The translations under genes and the position numbers were made by a program. A stretch of DNA of 64,000 nucleotides, taken from a virus. The stretch covers positions 27,269 to 91,268 of the IMG/VR virus record IMGVR_UViG_3300037230_000036. One strand, written 5' to 3'. Positions 8,702-18,658 of the stretch are shown here, one piece after another. The first letter of the stretch is position 1. Every line of letters starts with the position of its first letter. A model generated the notes under the pieces. It worked only from the letters and a program-made list of their open reading frames with translations. It did no database searches and was not told where the DNA came from.

Positions 8702-9578
8702 CATGCTTATCCGGTTAGGACACACAGGAGCTACCAGTTGCCCCTATCCGCACTCAACCCACCCGCGCCACGCCGGGTCCGGGTTTTCTCGACAGTCCCA
8801 CCTGTCCATCCTGACGCAGGCGCTCAAGATGAGGCAGAGGAGGAATAGGGCGGTTAGTTTTGTAATGTGTGCCATATCAGCTTACCGCGTGTTTTTCGAT
8901 GGCGACTGAAGCTTCTCGGCCCTTAAGTTCGGCCACTGAAAATTCATACGCCGCCAACAACGCTGCATCATCTGCCGTGCGCCAGTCATCTACATATCCA
9001 GCGACGGTTCCGATCTTCTTGTCGCCGATATCCCATTTCACGCGCGCACCTAACCTCGCCTCGAAATTGTCAGGATCGCGGCTGAACTCCGCGTAAAGAG
9101 GGGGATAAATATATCCGTCGTTATGGTCACGACATAAGCGAAACCAATGATCATTCAGCGCGTGTTGTTCGTCAGTCCAGCGCCATTCAGGATGACTGGC
9201 AACTTGGCCCGGATCGTAGATCAAGAACGAAATGTTGCACCAATCACAGACTTCGCCATCCTCGATGCTTTCCAGCCCATAAGATGGGCATGTATGGCCC
9301 GCAGGCCACTTCTGATCGACCACCCAAGACAGATACCACTTGCTCGGTGGAGCCGCCTGCATGGCCACCAATGACCCATTAGGTGCCGTATCACTAATTC
9401 TGAACGCCATATCCTCCATAGGAGGAAATGGATGTCCGCTCGCATGAATTCGGCCCAGCGAGAACTGCGCTATGTAACTCAGCAGAAGGATTCGCGCGCG
9501 TTCTTTCTTCACAGTCAAAATCCTCCAAATGCGTGTTTGGGCACAACCCAAAATCCAGCCGCAGCGTATGGTCCTAAC
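8702..9578 (+). mobile_element. Degenerate third mobile insertion cassette (left end intact, right end partial)
   Basis: Left end CATGCTTATCCGGTTAGGACACACAGGAGCTA at 8702. Complementary GTCCTAAC at 9571-9578, without the outer 13 bp or a target duplication. Lower-GC cargo. Confidence 0.5.
8877..9551 (-). CDS. Hypothetical lower-GC cargo protein (start uncertain)
   Basis: 224-aa ORF with CPSY...CDWC and atypical codon usage. Confidence 0.5.
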   Translation of the reverse strand: MGCAQTRIWRILTVKKERARILLLSYIAQFSLGRIHASGHPFPPMEDMAFRISDTAPNGSLVAMQAAPPSKWYLSWVVDQKWPAGHTCPSYGLESIEDGEVCDWCNISFLIYDPGQVASHPEWRWTDEQHALNDHWFRLCRDHNDGYIYPPLYAEFSRDPDNFEARLGARVKWDIGDKKIGTVAGYVDDWRTADDAALLAAYEFSVAELKGREASVAIEKHAVS

Positions 9579-9650
9579 ATCAACAAAGCGGCTATGTAGG
9601 GGGCCATAGATAATCCTCCTCGGCGGCGGTGCACGCGTGGTCGTCAGCGG

Positions 9651-9920
9651 TCATTGCTCGTGAAACCCAAGCCGCACCATCGCCTCCAGGAACCGGCGCG
9701 CAACGTCTCGCGGCTCCATCTTCGGGTCCATCTTGATCGTCGGCGGGGCGCCGGCGCAGATCGTCAGGCCGGGGATCGAGACGCACGCCGGCTCCAGGTT
9801 CACCGGCCCACTGATGGGCGCCACCCAGTTCTTCAGGTCAAAATGGGAGGTTTCCGCGCTCTGCCCCCACGCTGCCGGAGCGGCGAGACACAGGGCGGCG
9901 ATGAGGGCGAGGCGGGTCAT
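9651..9920 (-). CDS. Small exported protein
   Basis: MTRLALIAALCLAAPAAWG|Q signal peptide. Confidence 0.55.
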   Translation of the reverse strand: MTRLALIAALCLAAPAAWGQSAETSHFDLKNWVAPISGPVNLEPACVSIPGLTICAGAPPTIKMDPKMEPRDVARRFLEAMVRLGFHEQ

Positions 9921-10441
9921 GGCATCGGCAACCTTTTCGGGTTTTCACAGGTCGGGCACGGCTGGTAATGCCCACGAGTACACCGCGGGCACTTGATCCA
10001 ACCGTCTCCAGCGCAGGTCTCGCATCCTTGTCGAATATCGGACGCGGCACCATTCCCGCCCATCCGCGCCCGGATCGCATCGAAATCGTCGGCGGCTCTA
10101 GTGGCCATCACTCTTTCTCCGACCCAGACCGCCATCCTCCGCGACGCCGGGGGCTCATGCGTTAGCGCGATATGATCCGGAGTTTCCGATGGTGGATTGC
10201 CGCTCTCACAGGCCGGGGGTTCGTCGGTCGCGGGGTCGACCACGAACGGAATGCGAGCGCGTCGCTCAAACAAAGTCTCTATCCATCCCTGCTTCCGCCG
10301 CTCGTCGCGATAGGCGGTGATGCACGCGGTCGCGGTCTCGGCGAGCTCCTGACCCGTGAAGCATCCCATGATGATCGGGTCGTCGCGCACCATTGCGGTC
10401 ATCGCCGCTTCTAGGGCGGTGGGGTCGATAGGATCGGTCAT
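9917..10441 (-). CDS. Hypothetical protein with C-terminal Cys-rich zinc finger
   Basis: CETCAGDG..CPRC..CPTC. Confidence 0.5.
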   Translation of the reverse strand: MTDPIDPTALEAAMTAMVRDDPIIMGCFTGQELAETATACITAYRDERRKQGWIETLFERRARIPFVVDPATDEPPACESGNPPSETPDHIALTHEPPASRRMAVWVGERVMATRAADDFDAIRARMGGNGAASDIRQGCETCAGDGWIKCPRCTRGHYQPCPTCENPKRLPMP

Positions 10442-10463
10442 GTGGTCTGCCCTTCCTGGTTGC

Positions 10464-12065
10464 CTATTCCGCCGCCTCCCACGCCGCGACGTGCTGCCAC
10501 TGTCGCTCGATCGCCGTATTGGCCAGCACTCCCTCGTTCGCTCCGGCTTCTCGCTGGTACTGCTGGATCAGATCCGCGTTACGCCCGAGCAGGCGCGCGA
10601 GGTCGGCGGTGTTTTGCGCGGTCTTGAGCCGAGGCAGAAACTGCGCCGCGTACCAGGCGGACCAGTTCGCGCGGCCGGCGTGGCGGGTGGGCTCCAGGCG
10701 CAGGCTCTCCCGGTCGTACCAGTCGCTGCGGTGGGGACGCTGCGGGGGCGCCACAGCGCGGGGAGCCGAGGCGGGCGTTGGAGCAAGCGGCAACTCGGCT
10801 TCGCGGGCTGGTGCGGCTGGCGCCGGGCTTCCACCGGCCTCCCCGTGCGATACCGGGTTCGTCAGCAAGTCTGGTGCTGTGCGTGGCCGCTCGTCCTCCG
10901 CAGGGACGTACTGCCGGGCATTGGTCTCACTAAAGGTTCCAGGCGGATCATCGACGGGTTCGCCATCGGCTGTCTCCCCGCGTTTTCCCTTCGGTTCATC
11001 GGCCTCTGCCCGCTCTGGGATGGGGTCGGCCGGGGGCGGAGGGGAGCCCGCTGATCCCGGCCGCTGCACCGGGTCGCCCGGCGGCAGCTTGTGCGCGAAG
11101 GCTTCCTCGACCGCGCGGACGTGATCGGGGAACTCGCCGCGATATTGTGACAGGAGGTCGGCGCTGGCGTCGCGCATCCGCGCCACGGACTCCGGTCGAC
11201 CATCCTCGATGTTGTGCATCATCCGGCCGCGCCATTCCTCGATCGTGCCGAGCTCGATCTGCTTGGTGCCGGTGTCGATCACAAATTTGCGATGGTCGAG
11301 ATCGGTGGCAGTCGGGGCGCCGGCGCGTTCGTCCGGGGCTGGGGACGCCATGCCCTCAATCACCACGCCGCGCATCGGATCGATGTAGCTGTGTTTGCCG
11401 CGCTCCTCGTGGGCCTCTTCCATGACGGCGGCGTTGACCATCAGGTTAACCGGCATGTCGCGGGCGAGGCGACGGCGCGGCGTCTTCTCGCACATTGCCG
11501 GGAAACCAATCTCCGCGTCGTTCCACGGCGAATCGGATTTCTTCGCGCCAGGGCTGCGGCCTTTGACGAACATCAGCTCGTCGATGTCCATGACGCGGAC
11601 AATGCTGCTGTGGCCGGGCCGGCTCGCGGTGGCCCACGCGCCGAGGATGCGCCGGCCGCGACCTGCGCCGAGTTCCGGCTTGTGGTGCACGTAGGCAGTG
11701 CTGCCGAGCTCGAAATCGAATTGATCGCCTTCCCGCACGACGGCGCCATTGATCGTGAAGCCGGATCGGCCCGCGAGGGTCGCGTAGCCGCGGTAGCCGA
11801 TTACAGGCTGAGCCTTCCCGGCGAAGGGGATCATGTAGAACTGGCCGAGCGCCCCATCGGCCTCGAGCCCGAGGACGGCCGCCGTCATCGCCGCCTGGAT
11901 GATCGATGGCACCGAGCAGTTCTGCAGGCTCGGCGTCTTCTCCAGCGAGACGAGGATCGTGCGTAGCAGCTTTTCGGGGGCGAGCCCGCTACCCCTCAGA
12001 GCCTCGGCAAAATGGGGCATCAGCGGGGTAAGCTGCCGTTCGATGACGGCGAGTTCCTGGGGCAT
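10464..12065 (-). CDS. recT: RecT-family single-strand annealing protein with long C-terminal extension
   Basis: LGLEADGALGQFYMIPF, IGYRGY, VREGDQF and SPWND..MCEKT motifs; GGAG RBS upstream of ATG 12065. Confidence 0.85.
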   Translation of the reverse strand: MPQELAVIERQLTPLMPHFAEALRGSGLAPEKLLRTILVSLEKTPSLQNCSVPSIIQAAMTAAVLGLEADGALGQFYMIPFAGKAQPVIGYRGYATLAGRSGFTINGAVVREGDQFDFELGSTAYVHHKPELGAGRGRRILGAWATASRPGHSSIVRVMDIDELMFVKGRSPGAKKSDSPWNDAEIGFPAMCEKTPRRRLARDMPVNLMVNAAVMEEAHEERGKHSYIDPMRGVVIEGMASPAPDERAGAPTATDLDHRKFVIDTGTKQIELGTIEEWRGRMMHNIEDGRPESVARMRDASADLLSQYRGEFPDHVRAVEEAFAHKLPPGDPVQRPGSAGSPPPPADPIPERAEADEPKGKRGETADGEPVDDPPGTFSETNARQYVPAEDERPRTAPDLLTNPVSHGEAGGSPAPAAPAREAELPLAPTPASAPRAVAPPQRPHRSDWYDRESLRLEPTRHAGRANWSAWYAAQFLPRLKTAQNTADLARLLGRNADLIQQYQREAGANEGVLANTAIERQWQHVAAWEAAE

Positions 12066-12280
12066 CAGTCGGATTCTCCCGCGCGGACGATTTTTGAAAA
12101 TGACGCAAACTCTCCCCGCTTTTCCATGAGTTTCATTCCATGAGGAAAGTTGAAATTGCAGCAGATTGCGCCACCGTGAACCGTATACGACCTGCGCCAT
12201 GTCCAGCACGCCGTTATCTGCCATAGTCGCGCTACAAGCCGGTCACCTTCGCATAGGTCGCTGTCGTGGATTTCGGCCAT
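12065..12280 (-). CDS. Hypothetical protein
   Basis: TGATG coupled to recT. Confidence 0.4.
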   Translation of the reverse strand: MAEIHDSDLCEGDRLVARLWQITACWTWRRSYTVHGGAICCNFNFPHGMKLMEKRGEFASFSKIVRAGESD

Positions 12281-12291
12281 GAGAATCCGCC

Positions 12292-13566
12292 TCAGTACGC
12301 AATGGAAACGTGCGGGACGTGGCCCTTGGCAATCGCGACGATCGCCGCCTCAGCCGCCTGCGCGGAGAGCCCGGCCGCCATCAGCGCAGCCTTGGCCTCG
12401 CCGTTGAACTTCGCCCGGTGCTGGCGGTTCTCTTCGCGCTTCCGGGTCTCCTCGCGCTCCTGCGCCGCGGCCGCAACCTTCGCCTGCCGTTCGGCCTCGA
12501 CCGCCTCGTCGCGCGCCTGCGTCAAAGCTTCTGCATGCCGACGCTCTGCGGCCGCGGCTTCCTCGCCGGCCCGGCGTTCGCCTTCCCGCCGCGCGGCCTC
12601 GGCCTCCTGTGCCCGGCGAGCCTCTGCTGCGGCGCGCTCTTCTGCTTCGCGCTTCGCCTGCTCCTGGCGTGCGGCTTCTGCCTGTAGGGCAGCCTCCCGC
12701 TTCCGGGCGCCCTCCGCAGCGGCTTCGGCTTCCTGCCGGAACCGCTCCTCGGCGGCGACGCGCTCCTGCTCGACGAGCGCAGCCGCGGCCCGCAACTCAT
12801 CCTCGCGGCGCTTGGCCTCCGCGGTGGCTTCCTCTTCCCGGCGCCGAGCTTCTGCCGCAGCGGCCTCGGCCTCACCCGCCGCCTTTTCCTCGGCTTCGAT
12901 CCTGGCGCGCTCCGCAGCCTCCCGCGCGATCTGTTCCTCGCGCTCCCGCCGCTGCTGGGCTTCCGCCTCGACCCGGCGCAGCACCTCGGCTTCACGCTCG
13001 GCGTAGAGCGCGGCAAAGCTCTCCCGCATGTCCTTGAGCATCGTCAGCGCCGCGTCAACCGCGCGGACGCCCTTGATCTCGAATTCCTGCCAGTCCCGTT
13101 CGTAGCCGGTCAGGGAGGCGATCCGGGCGTCGATCTCATGCAGCGGCGGCTCGTCGACGTCGAAGCGAACCATCGAGGCGATCCTGGTGACCTCGGCCTC
13201 GTGCCCTTCGATCCGCGCCGCCTCACGGGCTTCCCAGCGGTCGAGCGGGCCGCGGACCTCGTCCCTGAGCGCATCGAGGTCCTCGCGGATGCGGCGGCGG
13301 TCGGCGTTGATCGCGTCGACCTGTTTCCGCATCTCGTCGCCGAGGGACTTCCCCATGTCGTCGAGCGCGGTTTTCGACCTCGCGATCTTGTAGGCGAGCG
13401 AGGCGCAGGCGGTGCGGCCAGCCTTCGTCGAGATATCGATATCGACAGCCTTTGCCTCGGCCTTGACCTTGTCGAGGATGGCGTCGACCCCGCCGGGACC
13501 GAAGACAACCGCCGGCACCAGCGCCGACGAGACGACCAGCATTCCGCCTTCGCGCGTTTCGCTCAT
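12292..13566 (-). CDS. Phage coiled-coil protein (Glu/Ala/Arg-rich)
   Basis: SLAYKIARSKTALDDMGK motif, long EAR repeats, C-terminal IAKGHVPHVSIAY. Confidence 0.7.
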   Translation of the reverse strand: MSETREGGMLVVSSALVPAVVFGPGGVDAILDKVKAEAKAVDIDISTKAGRTACASLAYKIARSKTALDDMGKSLGDEMRKQVDAINADRRRIREDLDALRDEVRGPLDRWEAREAARIEGHEAEVTRIASMVRFDVDEPPLHEIDARIASLTGYERDWQEFEIKGVRAVDAALTMLKDMRESFAALYAEREAEVLRRVEAEAQQRREREEQIAREAAERARIEAEEKAAGEAEAAAAEARRREEEATAEAKRREDELRAAAALVEQERVAAEERFRQEAEAAAEGARKREAALQAEAARQEQAKREAEERAAAEARRAQEAEAARREGERRAGEEAAAAERRHAEALTQARDEAVEAERQAKVAAAAQEREETRKREENRQHRAKFNGEAKAALMAAGLSAQAAEAAIVAIAKGHVPHVSIAY

Positions 13567-13577
13567 AGTTTCCCCTT

Positions 13578-13796
13578 TCAGATATCGTGCGCTCGTGAGG
13601 CGCTGTCATTTCCGTCGCCGCGGTAGCCGTACCTCGTCGACATGATCGTATCGACCCAGACCGAGTGCTTCGTCGCGTCGTAATGCCGGGCAGCAACGGC
13701 GAGCGTGTTCTTCCCGTTCCACGCTTTGCCGCAGTCAAAACAGCCACCTTGCTGCTGACTGATGAAGCTAAAGCCGTCGCGGTCATTGCGGGCCAT
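13578..13796 (-). CDS. Small zinc-finger protein
   Basis: CFDCGK...H...H. Confidence 0.4.
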   Translation of the reverse strand: MARNDRDGFSFISQQQGGCFDCGKAWNGKNTLAVAARHYDATKHSVWVDTIMSTRYGYRGDGNDSASRAHDI

Positions 13797-13798
13797 CC

Positions 13799-14758
13799 CT
13801 ACGCCCCCAGGTAGTCGGCAGGATCGCGTGTCGCCTTGGCGGTATCCGCCACGGGCGCGCTGTTCTCCTCGACGATCTCGATGTTGATCCGGGTCGACGC
13901 CTTCCGCGTGACCTTCGGTTCGAGGTGCGGTTCGCACATCCCGGCGGCGACCTCGGTCCGCTTGATGAACGCGGTGAAGCCATCGGTCTTGAGGATGCCC
14001 GCCGGCCCGGCGCGACCCAGCAGTTTCGCCTTCATCTGCTCCGCCAGTTTCTTCGCGAAGGACTCATCGCTCTTGGCTCTGGCGTACTGCCGCAGCACCA
14101 GCGACATTTCCTCGTCGCCGAACGCCTCGACGATCGACGCCTTCTCGCTGAGCGGGTAGAGCGCGGCGAGCATCGGCAGCTCGAGCGGCGACCCCAGCGG
14201 GTCCGGCTCCTTCCCGGTCTTCAGGCTGTCGAAGAACGATGCCGCCTCGTCGCGCAGCCGCTCCTGCATCTCGCGGTTAGGCTCCCGCTCCAGGACGCGG
14301 AGGTCGTTGCCGCCGATCAGCACCGCGATCATCCCGAGCTCGGCCTTGTCGACCATGACTTGCGTCTGCACCTGGATCTCGACGTGCATCGCGGCGGCGG
14401 TTTCGGTCCAGGTCTGTTTCCAGCGCAACCAATCGACGCACTTCGCCTCGACAATGACCTTTCCTCTGTCCGGCATCACCATCCGGCCGTCGACCGTCGC
14501 GCCGAGGAGCCCGTCGCGGACATACTCGTCGGCGTCGTTGTGCTGCATCTCCAGCCGGTACTGCTTGGCGACGGCTTCGAGGATCGGGTGCTGTAGGGCC
14601 GTGCCCCAGTCGATCCGGTCGTCGGCGTCTGGCTCGATCATGGAGAGGTCGCGCTTGCGGAAGCAGTGGAACAGCATCCACCTGGTGCAATATGGACTCC
14701 GGTCGAAGAGGGCCGGCGCTTGACTGGCGCTGACGGTCTCAAAGCTCTTATCGGGCAT
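13799..14758 (-). CDS. YqaJ-like viral recombinase exonuclease
   Basis: SAS, WGTALQ, GATVDG, VEAKC and QVQTQ motifs; upstream of recT. Confidence 0.85.
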   Translation of the reverse strand: MPDKSFETVSASQAPALFDRSPYCTRWMLFHCFRKRDLSMIEPDADDRIDWGTALQHPILEAVAKQYRLEMQHNDADEYVRDGLLGATVDGRMVMPDRGKVIVEAKCVDWLRWKQTWTETAAAMHVEIQVQTQVMVDKAELGMIAVLIGGNDLRVLEREPNREMQERLRDEAASFFDSLKTGKEPDPLGSPLELPMLAALYPLSEKASIVEAFGDEEMSLVLRQYARAKSDESFAKKLAEQMKAKLLGRAGPAGILKTDGFTAFIKRTEVAAGMCEPHLEPKVTRKASTRINIEIVEENSAPVADTAKATRDPADYLGA

Positions 14759-15207
14759 CGCCTCGTTCTCCCATAGCTCGGCCCTTTTCCGCCTCCCGAT
14801 CTGGCACTTGGCCTCGGAAGAGAGCCTTGTCCTTTGGCTCTAGGGCAGGATGCCCCGCGTACTCAGGTCCCTCCGGCTCTCGCCGCTCTGCCATAGCAGG
14901 TCCGCTGGGTGCTTTTTTCGGCGCACCCCGGCTTGGGTTCGGACTATCCCCTTGCCGTCCGTCACCGCCCTCTGGGAGGCCGCCGGTTGGAATGGGCTCA
15001 CCAGAGCCGGCGATTTTTACAGGGACGCTTTTGCTCCACCGGCTTTTTGGGAGACGGAAGCCGGGCAACGCTGGGTGGCGATCGGGCATCCGGGGATTGT
15101 GGATTGCGCTGGGCTGCGCTATATCCCCGGCAGGAATGCAGGTCGCTACCACGACTGCGATCCAGAAGGCCGGTAGACGGTTGGTGCCGTCCCGGCCTTC
15201 GCTCATT

Positions 15208-15519
15208 TCAGGATGCCGCATCGACTTCCTCGGCGCAAGGGGTTTTGTCAGCATCGTAAACCCCGCGCAGAACGATCCAATCGCGAGGAATGCGGCTCGG
15301 CGCTGGTGCCAGAGCGGCGGGAGATGTCAGCAGGGCGCCGGCGATATCGTAGAGATGATGCACGAGCATGCTTTGCCGCCCTTGCTCGATATTCACGATC
15401 GAAGGCCGACTCACCCCGACGCGCGAAGCCAACTGGCTCTGTGTGAGTGCCATGAATTTCCGACGCTCGCGAACAAGGCGGCCGATCTCGCGATAAAGCG
15501 CGACGTGCTGCTCATTCAT
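15208..15519 (-). CDS. XRE-family HTH regulator
   Basis: LTQSQLASRVGVSRPSIVNIEQGRQ. Confidence 0.8.
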   Translation of the reverse strand: MNEQHVALYREIGRLVRERRKFMALTQSQLASRVGVSRPSIVNIEQGRQSMLVHHLYDIAGALLTSPAALAPAPSRIPRDWIVLRGVYDADKTPCAEEVDAAS

Positions 15520-15580
15520 TCCGGTGTTCCGTTCCTGCGACGGCACACCTCGATCACACCTTCGAGTTCGTCGTCAGCCA

Positions 15581-16472
15581 TCACGCCACCGCCGGCAACG
15601 CAAGCCCGCAGAACCCGCTGTCCCTGGTCCCCATGATCCAGCGCCACGCCATGCAATCGGAGGCGAGACAGCGACATGATGCGAGCGCTTTTGGGCCAGC
15701 AGTTTCAGGGTCAAAGCGATTGGCCGCGCCCGAAGCGGTTTTCCATTGAACCGCATCGCCCCGAATTTCCGGATGGTAGCGTGCGAAAGGACACCACTTC
15801 TGCCGCGCTTGATCCTCGGTCATCAGTCTCGCTCCCATTCCTTCGCGTTGGCGCACTCGGCTAGAAACTCCGCATCATCCCGCCGCATCCCGTAGCCCTC
15901 GTGACCGCAATCCGTGTTCCAGCCGGGCTGATCGGGCTCTTGCGACAGCGTCCAGATGCGGGCGTGGGGATCAGCTTTTGCCTCTACATCAGCGTCGGGA
16001 TCAGCGACCACGAACCACGCCATCGAAGCCCCCCCCTATCGTCGTCCTGGCTTCATTCCGGCGCACTCTCCACGCGCACGTAGCCGCCGATGAGCCCGGC
16101 CCCGGCCAGATGCGGCGCGGCCTTCCCGGCTTCGACGAGCCGCTTCAGCGCGGCCTCGATCTGCCCCGGCTTGACGTTGCCGATCTTCTCGACCAGCGCA
16201 TCCAGCGACTGCGGCTCGGTGGTCAGGCGGTCCAGCGTCGCGGCTTCGAGGTTCCGGCGCTGGCGACTCGGCGCGTCGTGGCCGTTGGGCGCGGGCGAGC
16301 CGGCGTCCTCGCGCATGGCCTCGACGGCGCGATCGTGCGCAGCAATCGCGGTTCGCGCGACGTCAATGCTGGACTCGGCATCGGCCAAAATCAGCTTTGC
16401 CCGCTGGTAAGCCTCTACCGCGTGCTGTTGCCTGCCCAGCAGTTCGGCGCGGATATCGTCGATCTTGCTCAT
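15581..16472 (-). CDS. Three small coupled hypothetical genes (15581-15823, 15823-16023, 16053-16472)
   Basis: Same-strand ORFs. The first has KWCPFAR..CLASDCMAWRW; the last has a wHTH-like C-terminus. Confidence 0.5.
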
Positions 16473-17728
16473 GCTGTTTCTCTCTCCGGTATAAGTGCGA
16501 AAAATCTGCGGAGGCGCGGAGCCTGGCGACGCCACACCATGTCTTCGATCTCTCGGCCGTAGTGGTTGCCATAGGCGCGCTCATAGGCCTTTCGCATCTG
16601 ATCTTGGCGCGTCATGTCGTACCCAGGCTGGCGTCGCGCGAAGAAAGGACGCCCTGCGGCGACCGTCGCCGGTGCCCTTCCGGTTAGCGCCGGATGCGCC
16701 GTTCCAGCGGTGGTCATGTTGAATAGGTTTCCCGTGTTGAGAAGTTCGCCAGCATTCCCCGCCTCGACGTGGAGCGCGATGGCGACCAACTGGTCGAGCG
16801 GCGGCGTCTCGTCAAAATAGAGGCAGAGATCGGCGAGCTTCTCGCCGCGGATCGCGGTCAGCCCGACGCGGATCCCACTATGCCCCAGCGCCGTCACGTT
16901 TTCCGACCGCACCTGGAAAATAAGATCGTTCGTCGTCGGGATCGCGACAGTCTCGCCGCGAACAAATGCCTGCACCGGCGCGGGACCGAGGATCTGCGCC
17001 GCCGTTGTCGCCGATCGCGCAAGGCGCTTCCGGTTGTCGCGGATCATGCGGCGCAGCGGCTGCCCGATTCGTTTCGCTTCCTGCTCGATGAGGAATTGGT
17101 TCAGCGCCTCCGTGCGGCGCCGGCCGCGCTCTTCATCCGCAGAGGTGAAGAGCGCGTCGAGCAGTTTCACTTCGTCCGGGTGCGCCGGCCACGGCAGCGA
17201 GCAGATACCCTTCGCGAGGCGCGCATGGTGGCCAACCGCGCGGCCGGGATCGGTGCGGACGTAGCGGCGGATTGCGGCTGGCGACCGGAGCCGACGCAGC
17301 ACGCGGGGCCTCGGGCTGCCATCGGCGCGGAGGCGGATGTCGCTGCCACGGCGCCAGTGTTCCAGCGCCCCGCCGATCGTCGAATCGTCGTAGTTCCAGG
17401 CGGCCAGGACCTCGGCGAGTTCGTGGATACGATAGCGTTCGCGGATAAGGGCTGCCGCCACAAAGGCACGCTGATGAGGCGCATCGAGTTCCGTAACGAT
17501 CGCCCGGGCATAGTCGCAGAGGCCGAAACACATTGCTTGGCGTCTACCGAGGTGCGTGTCGCTGTAGTCGCCATTGCGTTTAGGGCGCTCGACCAGATTG
17601 TCGATGACCCCTCGGTCGCCCAGCAGGTTGAGTGCGGCGTGGGACAGGCCGTCGAGCTCGCCGTACTCCACCGCCCCATCAAGGACGTATTGGATGTCGG
17701 GGGGAAGCGGCGACGGCCTGATCTGCAT
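16469..17728 (-). CDS. Cys-motif partner of diGly protein (module 1)
   Basis: C-terminal LCLYFDETPPLDQLVAIALH...GN aligns with 47640-48560; TGATG-coupled to 17728-18114. Confidence 0.65.
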   Translation of the reverse strand: MQIRPSPLPPDIQYVLDGAVEYGELDGLSHAALNLLGDRGVIDNLVERPKRNGDYSDTHLGRRQAMCFGLCDYARAIVTELDAPHQRAFVAAALIRERYRIHELAEVLAAWNYDDSTIGGALEHWRRGSDIRLRADGSPRPRVLRRLRSPAAIRRYVRTDPGRAVGHHARLAKGICSLPWPAHPDEVKLLDALFTSADEERGRRRTEALNQFLIEQEAKRIGQPLRRMIRDNRKRLARSATTAAQILGPAPVQAFVRGETVAIPTTNDLIFQVRSENVTALGHSGIRVGLTAIRGEKLADLCLYFDETPPLDQLVAIALHVEAGNAGELLNTGNLFNMTTAGTAHPALTGRAPATVAAGRPFFARRQPGYDMTRQDQMRKAYERAYGNHYGREIEDMVWRRQAPRLRRFFALIPERETA

Positions 17729-18114
17729 CAGCCGCCCCTGGCAGGACGTACCGCGACGGTTGCGGGCGATGCGACGATCTCTTGGGCATTGTGCGCGATG
17801 CGGCCTTGGCGCTTGCGTGGCGCCTCCGCAGTCTCGTTGTCGGTCTTGACGACTGTCACGTCGCCAATCCCGACAAGTGCGGCGAAATCTTTATCCGCCA
17901 TCGCGAGGGCCCGCCGCTCGCGCACTTCAGCAACGTCCTGCAGCGGCACGCGCCGCGGCGGGGCAAGACCGCCCGCGACCGGTTCGAGGAGGAAGAAGAC
18001 GACGCCCTCGGCCAGCTTCTTTTCGATCACCGGCAAAACCGCAGCATCGCTCGACTCGTCCCAGATCAGAGTGGTATCGCCGGTGCGGTCAAGCATCGTG
18101 AGTGAGCGTTGCAT
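17728..18114 (-). CDS. Putative ubiquitin-like protein ending in Gly-Gly (module 1)
   Basis: N-terminal LDRTGDTTLIW, C-terminal VAVRPARGG*; similar to 47412-47636. Confidence 0.65.
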   Translation of the reverse strand: MQRSLTMLDRTGDTTLIWDESSDAAVLPVIEKKLAEGVVFFLLEPVAGGLAPPRRVPLQDVAEVRERRALAMADKDFAALVGIGDVTVVKTDNETAEAPRKRQGRIAHNAQEIVASPATVAVRPARGG

Positions 18115-18115
18115 C

Positions 18116-18280
18116 TTATCTTGCCCCTTTGCGGTCGAGTTCGTCTTCCAGCCGGACGATCTGCTGCGTGATCGGGCCGCGCCGCTTGTCGTTCATCGGC
18201 AGAGATTTCAGCTTCGCACGGAGGTCCGCCAGCGCTTCGGAAAGGCTGCGGGGTTCGTGCCGGACAAGCGGGCTTAGCAT
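18116..18280 (-). CDS. Small helical protein (54 aa, not in ORF track)
   Basis: AGGAGA RBS; first gene of the leftward operon. Confidence 0.55.
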   Translation of the reverse strand: MLSPLVRHEPRSLSEALADLRAKLKSLPMNDKRRGPITQQIVRLEDELDRKGAR

Positions 18281-18395
18281 CGTGGTTCTCCTAAATTCTC
18301 ACTTCATAGTGGGTATTCTCGGATGGGAAGGCAAGAAATAAATTATCACCACCAGGCTTGAGTTTTTCTGAAAGCGCGCCCATCGTTATGAAACT
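18281..18395. promoter_or_regulatory. AT-rich divergent control region
   Basis: Strand switch and AT-rich gap between the leftward operon and the Cro-like gene. Confidence 0.55.
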
Positions 18396-18650
18396 ATGAA
18401 CCTGGAACAACGAGCCTCCCAGATCGTCGATGCCGTCCGCCTGTGGATGGACGAGCATCGCGTCACGCCGTATCGCCTGGCGAAAATGGCCGGCATAGCT
18501 GAGTGGCAGGTGCGCTGGATCCGACGGGACGATTTCACCGCGTCAGTCGAAGTGCTCGACAGGATCGACGAGGCGCGGCGGCGAAATCCTGCGCCGACGA
18601 TTCCAAGGCCCGGCCGACCGCGCATTGCCGATAAAGCCACAGCCCAATAG
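18396..18650 (+). CDS. Cro-like HTH protein
   Basis: VTPYRLAKMAGIAEWQVRWI; first rightward gene. Confidence 0.6.
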   Translation: MNLEQRASQIVDAVRLWMDEHRVTPYRLAKMAGIAEWQVRWIRRDDFTASVEVLDRIDEARRRNPAPTIPRPGRPRIADKATAQ

Positions 18651-18658
18651 GAGAAGGC

